24,000 nucleotides of DNA, taken from the NCBI GenBank assembly GCA_902363255.1, contig CABIZO010000001.1:449394-473393 (forward strand), written 5' to 3'. How positions within the stretch are numbered: the stretch's first letter is position 1; each line of letters begins with the position of its first letter. Below the pieces are notes generated by a model that had not been told where the DNA came from, made no database searches, and saw only the letters and a program-made list of their open reading frames with translations. Origin of the DNA: Peptostreptococcaceae bacterium (GTDB lineage: Bacteria; Bacillota; Clostridia; Peptostreptococcales; Peptostreptococcaceae). A program made the translations under genes and the position numbers. This document shows positions 15,562 through 23,168 of this stretch, piece by piece.

Positions 15562-17058
15562 ATGAATCAAGTATTAGAAATAATAAAAAATGAGACTTTA
15601 ACTTATAATCAACAAGTATTACAATTGGCAGGATATGCTGGAAATAGTATAGAAGTTTTTGATATAGATGAGGAAACTAAAAAATTATTAGATGAACAAA
15701 TAATATGTACAATGTTTGAAGGGAACACTCCTTACAGACCAAGATATGTTATACCAAATTATGAAGTATTAATGGAAAAAGGATGTGAATTCTTAGGTTT
15801 AGAAGTACCAACTGATATCTGGGAAGCAACAAATAGTTTATTAATATTATATAAACATGTACCATCAATAACATCATACCCAGTTTACTTAGGAAACTTA
15901 GATACACTTTTAAATCCTTTTGTAAAAGATGAAGAAGAAGCATATAAAGCTATAAAATTATTCTTAAAGCATGTTGATAGTGCATTAACTGATTCATTTG
16001 TTCATGCGAATATAGGACCAGTTGATACTGTAGCTGGAAGACTTATACTTAAGGCTATGACAGAATTAGAATGTGCAATGCCTAACTTAACAGTTAAATA
16101 TGATAAAGATATAACTTCAAAAGAATTTGCCAAGCTTTGTGCAAGTACAGCTTTAGTTACTGCTAAGCCAAGTTTTGCTAATCACAAAATGGACACAGTA
16201 GACTTTGGAACAGAAAACTATGCTTTAGCTTCTTGCTATAATGGATTTATAGTAGGTGGTGGGGGATATACCCTAGTAAGATTAGTACTAAACAGATTAG
16301 CTGAAACTGCAGAGTCTGTTGAAGATTTTTTAGATAATAAATTACCATTTGCAACTGACAAAATGCTTAAATATATAGATGAAAGAATTAAATTCTTAGT
16401 TGAAGAAGCTGCATTCTTTAAATCAAGTTTCTTAATAAAAGAAGGATTTATTAAAAAAGAATTATTTACAGGAATGTTTGGTATGGTTGGTCTTGCAGAA
16501 GCAGTTAACCATTTACTAAATGCAACTAATCAAGAAGATAGATTTGGTTATGGAAAAGAAGCAAATGAATTAGGATTAAAAATAGTAGAAAAACTTAATT
16601 CCATAGTAACTTCATATAAATCACCTTATGTGGGAGATGCATATAAAAATAGTCATGTTATGCACTGTCAAGTTGGTATAGATACTGATACAGGAATATC
16701 TCCAGGATGTAGAATACCAGTTGGTGAAGAGCCAGAATTATTTAAACATATATTACAATCTGCACCATTCCACAAATACTTCTTCAATGGAATAGGAGAT
16801 ATATTTGTATTTGAAGATACTTATAAAGAAAATCCAGAAGCAATTATAAATGTTATAGATGGAGCATTTAATTCAGGTATAAGATATATATCAGTTTACT
16901 CTGGTGGATGTGATGTAGTTCGTGTTACTGGATACCTTGTTAAAAAATCAGAAGTAGCACAACTAGAAAGTGGAAAAGCAGTTAAAAATAATGCAACTGT
17001 ATTTGGAATGAATGCTAAAAATGGAGCCAAAGCATTTGATAGAAGGCTGAGAGACTAA
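15562..17058 (+). CDS. yjjI: YjjI-family glycyl radical enzyme (substrate unknown)
   Basis: 498 aa. C-terminal glycyl radical fingerprint DVVRVTGYLV, with the Gly457 codon GGA at 16930-16932. A dedicated activase gene follows immediately. The size and gene pairing match the E. coli YjjI/YjjW pair. RBS GGGGGA is 7 nt upstream. Confidence 0.75.
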   Translation: MNQVLEIIKNETLTYNQQVLQLAGYAGNSIEVFDIDEETKKLLDEQIICTMFEGNTPYRPRYVIPNYEVLMEKGCEFLGLEVPTDIWEATNSLLILYKHVPSITSYPVYLGNLDTLLNPFVKDEEEAYKAIKLFLKHVDSALTDSFVHANIGPVDTVAGRLILKAMTELECAMPNLTVKYDKDITSKEFAKLCASTALVTAKPSFANHKMDTVDFGTENYALASCYNGFIVGGGGYTLVRLVLNRLAETAESVEDFLDNKLPFATDKMLKYIDERIKFLVEEAAFFKSSFLIKEGFIKKELFTGMFGMVGLAEAVNHLLNATNQEDRFGYGKEANELGLKIVEKLNSIVTSYKSPYVGDAYKNSHVMHCQVGIDTDTGISPGCRIPVGEEPELFKHILQSAPFHKYFFNGIGDIFVFEDTYKENPEAIINVIDGAFNSGIRYISVYSGGCDVVRVTGYLVKKSEVAQLESGKAVKNNATVFGMNAKNGAKAFDRRLRD

Positions 17059-17060
17059 TC

Positions 17061-17873
17061 ATGGCTTTAGTTAATAAAATAATTCCATTTTCTTGTATAG
17101 ATGGTCCAGGAAATAGAACGGCGATATTTTTCCAAGGATGTAACTTTAAGTGTACTTACTGTCATAATCCAGAAACTATAAATAAGTGTGTAAACTGTGG
17201 AAAATGTGTTAAGGTTTGTCCTGTAAATGCTTTAAATATTGTTGAAAAAAAAGTTATTTGGAATGATAAAAAATGTGTGGCGTGTGATGCATGTATTAGA
17301 GAATGTGATCACTTATCGACTCCGAAAACTAAGGATTATTCAGTTGATGAATTATTTGATGAAATTAAACAAGTTAGTCCTTTTATTCAAGGAATAACTG
17401 TTAGTGGAGGAGAAGCCACACTAAATATAGACTTTCTAACACAATTATTTAAAAAAGTTAAAGAAGAACTTGGCCTCACTTGTTTTGTTGATACTAATGG
17501 AAGTATTGATTTAACACAACATGAAGAATTCGTAAATTTAACAGATAAGTTTATGATAGATATTAAAAGTATGGACAAAGAAGAGCATACAAAGATAACT
17601 GGATTAAATAATGATATTGTAATTAAAAACTTAAAATATTTATTAGATTTAGATAAGGTCTATGAAATTAGAACAGTAATAGCTCCTAATTTAGATAATA
17701 AAAATACAGTAAGAGAAGCATCTAAGATTATTAATAATAGATGTAAGTATAAGTTTAATATATATAGACATCATGGAGTGAGAAAAGAAGGATTAGATTT
17801 CCACGGAAGTGATAGCCCTTGCGAAGAAGAAATTAATAAATGTTATAAAATATATAATGAAAGTATTTTATAG
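17061..17873 (+). CDS. yjjW: YjjW-type glycyl radical enzyme activase (radical SAM)
   Basis: N-terminal CIDGPGNRTAIFFQGCNFKCTYCHN with the CX3CX2C motif at 17139-17162. Two further ferredoxin-like clusters, CVNCGKCVKVCP and CVACDACIREC. The ATG lies 2 nt after the GRE stop codon. Confidence 0.85.
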   Translation: MALVNKIIPFSCIDGPGNRTAIFFQGCNFKCTYCHNPETINKCVNCGKCVKVCPVNALNIVEKKVIWNDKKCVACDACIRECDHLSTPKTKDYSVDELFDEIKQVSPFIQGITVSGGEATLNIDFLTQLFKKVKEELGLTCFVDTNGSIDLTQHEEFVNLTDKFMIDIKSMDKEEHTKITGLNNDIVIKNLKYLLDLDKVYEIRTVIAPNLDNKNTVREASKIINNRCKYKFNIYRHHGVRKEGLDFHGSDSPCEEEINKCYKIYNESIL

Positions 17874-17878
17874 AAAAA

Positions 17879-17911
17879 AAGCACATTGATATTTTTATCA
17901 GTGTGCTTTTT
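17879..17911 (+). terminator. Rho-independent terminator ending the GRE operon
   Basis: GCACATTGATA (17881-17891) pairs with TATCAGTGTGC (17896-17906) with one G-U pair, a TTTT loop and a T-run after it. Confidence 0.7.
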
Positions 17912-18014
17912 ATATGCCAAATTATTTTAAATGAAAATATAAGGCATACTGCATTTTTATATACATATATTTAGTACTAGCCTTTGAAAAATATTTAAAA
18001 GTGAGGAGCTGAGT

Positions 18015-19085
18015 ATGAAAGAAAAGATTAGTATATTAAATGTAATGAAATTTGCAGGTGCTTTTATAGCTTTTATTATTGGCTCGGGATTTGCAACAGG
18101 ACAGGAAATTATGCAATTTTTTACATCTAATGGATTGTATAGCTTAGTATCTATAGTTATAAGTTTAATAGTATTTACATATTTCGGAGCAACGGTAATG
18201 TCTTGTGGATTTGACTATGGAAGTTCGGAAAGATACAGACCATATAAATACTTTTGTGGAAATAAAGTAGGAGTATTTTATGAGTACTTTGTTCCAGTTT
18301 TATTGTTTATAAGTGTTGTAGTTATGATTTCAGGGGCTGGGGCAACTCTACAAGAATATTATGGACTAAATTATTATGTGGGTTGTGCTATGATGACAGT
18401 ATTAGTACTTATTGCTTTTATTTGTGGACTTGATAGTCTTATTAATATTATTGGACTTATTGGTCCGGTTATAGTTATATTTTCTTTGATTGTGGGATTT
18501 ACGATTTTATTTCAAAATTTAGATGGATTAAAAAATATTTCGCAAACAATGATGGAGGTTGATCTAACAAAAGCAGGTGGAAATTGTGTAAAAAGTGGAG
18601 TATTATATGCATCATATAATATGGTAAGTGGATTATTTTTCTTTACATCTCTTGGAAATAGTGCAGATACTAGAAGAGAAGCTAAATATGGAGCCATTGT
18701 AGGTAGTTTAGCATTGATGATTGTTATTTTAGTTATGAATTTTGCTCTATTATCAAAAATAAAAGATATTTATAATTTATCCATACCAACTTTATATTTT
18801 GCAAAATCAATATCGACTATATTTGGTAGAGTTTTTTCAGTTGTACTATTATGCGGAATTTTTTCTACAGCAGCACCAAACTTTTGGACTGTTTGTGATA
18901 AGATCTCCAAGGGAGGTAAGTATAATTCCAAAGTTATTGCTATAATCATATCTATTTTAGCATTTTTTTGTGGTTTATTCCCATTTGAAAAATTAGTGGG
19001 AAATGTGTATCCATTTACGGGGATATTAGGCGTTGTATTATTTATACTTATACTTTTTAAACAAATTAGCAAGAGAATTATATAA
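18015..19085 (+). CDS. YkvI-family membrane protein (putative permease)
   Basis: About 10-11 TM helices. The N-terminal motif GSGFATGQEIMQFF resembles the GAGFATGREIVEFF motif I recall from B. subtilis YkvI. RBS GAGGAG upstream. Confidence 0.65.
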   Translation: MKEKISILNVMKFAGAFIAFIIGSGFATGQEIMQFFTSNGLYSLVSIVISLIVFTYFGATVMSCGFDYGSSERYRPYKYFCGNKVGVFYEYFVPVLLFISVVVMISGAGATLQEYYGLNYYVGCAMMTVLVLIAFICGLDSLINIIGLIGPVIVIFSLIVGFTILFQNLDGLKNISQTMMEVDLTKAGGNCVKSGVLYASYNMVSGLFFFTSLGNSADTRREAKYGAIVGSLALMIVILVMNFALLSKIKDIYNLSIPTLYFAKSISTIFGRVFSVVLLCGIFSTAAPNFWTVCDKISKGGKYNSKVIAIIISILAFFCGLFPFEKLVGNVYPFTGILGVVLFILILFKQISKRII

Positions 19086-19094
19086 TATTTACAT

Positions 19095-19139
19095 AAAAAA
19101 ATAAGTATAACTTTTGCATAAGTTATACTTATTTTTTTA
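19095..19139. terminator. Bidirectional terminator between convergent ykvI-like and lysR-like genes
   Basis: AATAAGTATAACTT (19100-19113) is perfectly complementary to AAGTTATACTTATT (19120-19133), with a 6-nt loop, an A-run before and a T-run after. It overlaps the LysR gene's stop codon. Confidence 0.75.
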
Positions 19140-20040
19140 TTAATAAATCTTTCATAAAATCAGATGTTTCATATTTTTGTAAAATATCTTTTAATGTAAT
19201 AATCGAAGGACTCATTATTTTGTCTTTATGATAAACAAGTTTAAAAGATCTTTTTAGCGGATTTAAATCAGTATTAATTATATGAATTCTTCCGTTTATA
19301 ATATCTTCTTCAAATGTATGTATAGATAAAAGTGATAAACAATCATCATCTAAAATAGATCTTCTAATGGTATCTGTTGAACTAGCTTCACATACTAGTT
19401 GTATATGGATTTTATATTTATGTAAAATTTGTTCAAAAAATTCTCTTGTACCACTACCATCCTCCCTCATGGCAAATCTTTGATTTTCCAAATCATATAA
19501 AGTTATTTTTTCTTTAGTTAAAATATGATGGGTATTATTACATAATAGAACAAGATAATCATCGATTACAGGAATAGTAACTAAATCCTGAGAATGGATA
19601 TCCCCTTCCACAATAGCTATATCTAGTTCAGAACTTAATAGTTTTTTCTCAACCATAGAAGTATTATTAACATAGGCATAGGTATTTACCCTAGGAGCGA
19701 TATCGTGGAATTCTTTTATTATTTTAGACAAAAGACAAGTTCCAACAGTTACAGAAGCTCCAATTCGTAAATTTTCTATGTGAAGATTGTCATTCATTTT
19801 TTTCTCCAAATTATCAAATTGTTCTACTACTTGAGTGGCATAGGTGAAAAGTTCTTTGCCAAATGGTGTTATATATAATTTTTTAGATAGTCTATCAAAT
19901 AGTTTTCGGCCATAGTGCTCTTCTAATTCGCGAATAGCCTGGCTTACTGTTGGCTGAGATATATATAATCTTTGTGCAGCAATGCTCATTTTTCCAGCTT
20001 TGGCAACTTCAATAAAGATTCTTAAGTGTCTAATTGTCAT
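19129..20040 (-). CDS. LysR family transcriptional regulator
   Basis: N-terminal wHTH MTIRHLRIFIEVAKAGKMSIAAQRLYISQPTVSQAIRELEEHYGRKLFDR, 303 aa. It is divergent from the operon it probably controls. Confidence 0.9.
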   Translation of the reverse strand: MTIRHLRIFIEVAKAGKMSIAAQRLYISQPTVSQAIRELEEHYGRKLFDRLSKKLYITPFGKELFTYATQVVEQFDNLEKKMNDNLHIENLRIGASVTVGTCLLSKIIKEFHDIAPRVNTYAYVNNTSMVEKKLLSSELDIAIVEGDIHSQDLVTIPVIDDYLVLLCNNTHHILTKEKITLYDLENQRFAMREDGSGTREFFEQILHKYKIHIQLVCEASSTDTIRRSILDDDCLSLLSIHTFEEDIINGRIHIINTDLNPLKRSFKLVYHKDKIMSPSIITLKDILQKYETSDFMKDLLIKK

Positions 20041-20060
20041 AAAATATCCCCCTTATTTCT

Positions 20061-20109
20061 ATCAATAAATATAATTAATTGATATTGATTATCTATAGGT
20101 TTTACCTAT
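20061..20109. promoter_or_regulatory. Candidate LysR-type binding sites (T-N11-A boxes) in the divergent intergenic region
   Basis: ATCAAT-N11-ATTGAT at 20061-20083, with a second tandem ATTGAT at 20084-20089. ATAGG-TTTTA-CCTAT at 20095-20109 contains T-N11-A (TAGGTTTTACCTA). Confidence 0.5.
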
Positions 20110-20151
20110 GTTTTTAATAAGATAATCTCACTTTTAATAGTATATCACAAG

Positions 20152-20160
20152 TGATACAAT
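20152..20160 (+). promoter_or_regulatory. Candidate extended -10 element for the CoADR-rhodanese operon
   Basis: TGATACAAT is one mismatch from the TGnTATAAT consensus (-10 hexamer TACAAT), and the -35 is weak. The T-N11-A box centre (about 20102) would lie about 65 bp upstream of the implied TSS. Confidence 0.4.
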
Positions 20161-20227
20161 GAAATTGAATGATAAGGAAAATAATGTAAATATATATTTA
20201 TAGATAGATAAAAAGGGGTTGATAAGT

Positions 20228-21862
20228 GTGAAAGTACTTATTATTGGAGGGGTTGCAGCAGGAACTAAGGTTGCAGCAAAACTTAAACGTGAAGATAGAA
20301 ATTTAGATGTGACTATTCTTACTAAAGGGAAAGATATATCTTATGCAGGATGTGGTCTTCCTTATTATGTAGGAAATGTTATTAAAGAGAAAGAGCAGTT
20401 GATTGTAAATACTCCAGAAAAATTTGAAAAGTTAACAGGTGTAAAAGTTATAACAGAAATGGAAGTTATAAAAGTTAATGCTGAAGAAAAAATAGTGGAT
20501 GCAGTAAGTTTAGAAAGTGATGAAAAGTTTGTTTATGAATACGATAAATTAGTAATAGCTAGTGGAGCTTCTCCTATAAAACCACCAGTTGAAGGTTTAG
20601 ATTTAAAAGGAGTTTTCTTCATGAGAACACCAGAAGATGCAATTCAATTAAGAGAATCAATTGAAAAAGGTAAAGTAAAAAGAGCTGTAGTAGTAGGAGC
20701 AGGATTTATAGGATTAGAAGTTGCAGAAAATATTGCTAAACAAGGAGTAAAAGTATCTGTTATAGATATGGCAGAGCATGTACTTCCTGGATTTGATGAA
20801 GAAATGAGTGAATATATAGAAAATCATTTGGCTGAAAATGGAATAATGACTGCTACAGGCGTAAAAATGGAAGGAATTATAGGAACTGATAGAGTTGAAA
20901 AAGTCAAAACTTCTAGACGTGCGATGAAGGCAGATACAGTAGTTTTATCTATTGGTATTCGTGCGAATACTCAATTTTTACAAGATAGTAAAATAGAGCT
21001 TATGCCAAATAAAACTATAAAAGTAAATGAATATTTACAAACAAATATAGAAGATATATATGCAATAGGTGATTGTGCTTGTGTAATAAATAAAATTACA
21101 AAAGCGCCACAATGGTCACCAATGGGATCTTCTGCAAATATAGAAGGTCGTATTACTGCTAAAAATATACTAGGGAAAAATAAGCCTTATGGAGGTGTTC
21201 TTGGTACAGCAGTTTGTAAATTACCAAACTTGAATACAGGAAGAACAGGACTTACAGAAGCAGCAGCAAAAGAAGCAGGATATAATTCAATAAGTGTTAT
21301 TTCTGTTGTAGATGACAAAGCTCATTATTATCCAGGAGCAGGTAGTTTTATAGTTAAAATGATAGCCGACAGAGATACTAAAAAATTACTAGGTTTACAA
21401 GTACTTGGAAAGGGAGAAGTAGATAAAATGGTTGATATAGCAGTTACTGCAATATCATTAAACGCATCAATAGATGATTTAGAAAACTTAGATTTTGCTT
21501 ATGCACCACCATTTTCTACAGCAATTCATCCATTTGCTCATACTTTAAATATATTACAAAATAAAATAAATGGAGAATTTGAGACGATAACTCCTGTAGA
21601 GTTTAAAGAAGGTAAAGCTGAAGATTATAAGATAATTGATGCGTCTATATCACCAACTTTGAGAACTGCTCCATACGTAGATTTAACAAAAGTGGAGGGG
21701 GTACTTCCAGAATATAATACTAATGAGAAATTACTATTGGTATGTGCAAAGGGTAAACGTGCATATATGCTTCAAAATCGTTTAAAATTCTATGGATACA
21801 AAAATACAAAAGTTCTTGAAGGTGGATTAACTTTCAATGAAATAGATGAAGATGAAGAATAA
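20228..21862 (+). CDS. CoA-disulfide reductase / NADH-dependent persulfide reductase-like flavoprotein with a C-terminal rhodanese domain
   Basis: FAD motif VLIIGGVAAG. Redox-active Cys in SYAGCGLPYYVG, as in CoADR/Nox/Npsr. Second dinucleotide motif VVVGAGFIGLE. C-terminal rhodanese loop VCAKGKRA, with its Cys codon at 21743-21745. I prefer the GTG at 20228 (AAGGGG 9 nt upstream) over the TTG at 20219. Confidence 0.85.
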   Translation: MKVLIIGGVAAGTKVAAKLKREDRNLDVTILTKGKDISYAGCGLPYYVGNVIKEKEQLIVNTPEKFEKLTGVKVITEMEVIKVNAEEKIVDAVSLESDEKFVYEYDKLVIASGASPIKPPVEGLDLKGVFFMRTPEDAIQLRESIEKGKVKRAVVVGAGFIGLEVAENIAKQGVKVSVIDMAEHVLPGFDEEMSEYIENHLAENGIMTATGVKMEGIIGTDRVEKVKTSRRAMKADTVVLSIGIRANTQFLQDSKIELMPNKTIKVNEYLQTNIEDIYAIGDCACVINKITKAPQWSPMGSSANIEGRITAKNILGKNKPYGGVLGTAVCKLPNLNTGRTGLTEAAAKEAGYNSISVISVVDDKAHYYPGAGSFIVKMIADRDTKKLLGLQVLGKGEVDKMVDIAVTAISLNASIDDLENLDFAYAPPFSTAIHPFAHTLNILQNKINGEFETITPVEFKEGKAEDYKIIDASISPTLRTAPYVDLTKVEGVLPEYNTNEKLLLVCAKGKRAYMLQNRLKFYGYKNTKVLEGGLTFNEIDEDEE

Positions 21863-21897
21863 TAATTAAAAAGGATTATATAAAAGGGGGAAAAATA

Positions 21898-22851
21898 ATG
21901 GCAACATTAACAATTAGCAAAGAAGATGAAAAAAGAGTAAAAGCTCTAGGATTTTTAAGTAATAAAGGTACTGATAATTTCTCAGCAAGAATAATAACTA
22001 AAAATGGGAAAATAACAGCAGCTCAACAAAAGCGTATAGGTGATGCAGCTGAGTTATTTGGGAACGGAATAGTAACATTTACAACTCGTCTTACAGTAGA
22101 AGTACAAGGAATACCATATGAAAAAATCGAAGATTTTAGAGCATATATAGCTGAAGAAGGTCTTGAAACTGGAGGAACAGGATCAAAAGTACGTCCAGTG
22201 GTATCATGTAAGGGAACTACTTGCCAATATGGTTTAGCAGATACTTTTGAATTATCAGAAGAAATACATGAAAGATTTTATAAAGGTTATGCAAGTGTAA
22301 GGCTACCTCATAAATTTAAAATAGCAACTGGAGGATGTCCAAATAACTGTGTAAAGCCAGATTTAAATGACTTGGGAATAATAGGTCAATATATACCTAA
22401 CTTTGACGAAGATTCTTGTAATGGATGTAAAAAATGTGCTATAGAAAAACTATGTCCTATAAATGCTTGTAAGGTAGTAGATGGTATATTAGAAATAGAC
22501 GAAGAACTATGTAATCACTGTGGTCGTTGTGTAGGAGCATGTCCATTTGATGCCATAGAAGATGGAACATATGGATACAAAATTTACATTGGTGGTAGAT
22601 GGGGTAAAAAAGTTAACCATGGTATAGCTTTAAATAAGATATTTACTAGCAAAGAAGAAGCATTAGATGTAATAGAAAAAGCCATATTATTATATAGAGA
22701 ACAAGGAAAAACAGGAGAGCGCTTTGCAAATACTATAGAACGTTTAGGGTTTGAAAATGTAGAAAAACAATTATTAGCAAATGATTTACTTGAGAGAAAA
22801 GAAGAAATAATAAATGCAGAGCTTCATCTAGTTGGAGGGGCTACTTGTTAG
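21898..22851 (+). CDS. Nitrite/sulfite reductase-like siroheme/[4Fe-4S] protein with an inserted 2x[4Fe-4S] ferredoxin module (AsrC / small Dsr-like)
   Basis: Cys pairs SCKGTTC and GGCPNNC sit where the siroheme-coupled cluster motif lies in sulfite reductases. They are followed by CNGCKKCAIEKLCP and CNHCGRCVGACP. RBS AGGGGG upstream, 35 nt after the preceding stop with no terminator between the genes. Confidence 0.75.
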   Translation: MATLTISKEDEKRVKALGFLSNKGTDNFSARIITKNGKITAAQQKRIGDAAELFGNGIVTFTTRLTVEVQGIPYEKIEDFRAYIAEEGLETGGTGSKVRPVVSCKGTTCQYGLADTFELSEEIHERFYKGYASVRLPHKFKIATGGCPNNCVKPDLNDLGIIGQYIPNFDEDSCNGCKKCAIEKLCPINACKVVDGILEIDEELCNHCGRCVGACPFDAIEDGTYGYKIYIGGRWGKKVNHGIALNKIFTSKEEALDVIEKAILLYREQGKTGERFANTIERLGFENVEKQLLANDLLERKEEIINAELHLVGGATC

Positions 22852-22904
22852 TAGTTGCTCTTGGATAGAGAATTTATAATAAATATAATTTGGAATGAAA
22901 TAAA

Positions 22905-22944
22905 AAAGGGTGTTGAACTAAAAATAGTGCAACACCCTTTTTAA
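22905..22944 (+). terminator. Rho-independent terminator
   Basis: AAAGGGTGTTG (22905-22915) is complementary to CAACACCCTTT (22930-22940), followed by TT. Confidence 0.75.
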
Positions 22945-23073
22945 GTATTATAAAGTAACAATTTATTCAATAAGTATAGGATTAATACTTTTTAGTGTTA
23001 TCATATTAATGAATAGTAAAATTACATCTTACCAAAATGTAAAATTAGTATGGTAATTATTACTGTATAATAA

Positions 23074-23112
23074 AGTTTATGATAAATTACTGAATATAAT
23101 TTATCATAAACT
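23074..23112. promoter_or_regulatory. Perfect 16-bp inverted repeat, candidate operator upstream of the ABC transporter
   Basis: AGTTTATGATAAATTA (23074-23089), a 7-nt spacer, then TAATTTATCATAAACT (23097-23112). It starts 3 nt after a TATAAT hexamer (23066-23071) and ends 57 nt before the ATG at 23169. No T-run follows, so it is not a terminator. Confidence 0.45.
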
Positions 23113-23168
23113 ATTAAAATGCTTATAAATAGATTATTAAAAGAGGTATGTAAATAAGGGGGAAATTT

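Noticed and set aside
15562-17058. Calling the 498-aa glycyl radical protein a pyruvate formate-lyase or an anaerobic ribonucleotide reductase.
   Set aside because: It is about 250-350 aa too short for PFL-type enzymes and has no CC dyad like PFL. It has no C-terminal CxxC...CxxC zinc site and no ATP-cone as in NrdD. The YjjI-type assignment fits its size and the linked YjjW-like activase better.
817-19072. Other short antisense track ORFs: 817-1017, 2263-2502, 2520-2702, 4641-4931, 5820-6017, 6090-6278, 7726-7908, 8258-8470, 9018-9200, 9206-9469, 9797-10048, 13431-13619, 15315-15557, 15749-15943, 17387-17578, 18512-18697 and 18770-19072.
   Set aside because: Each lies entirely inside, and opposite to, a longer ORF with clear family motifs. 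None has an RBS or a recognisable domain, and the amino-acid composition is typical of antisense translation of AT-rich genes.
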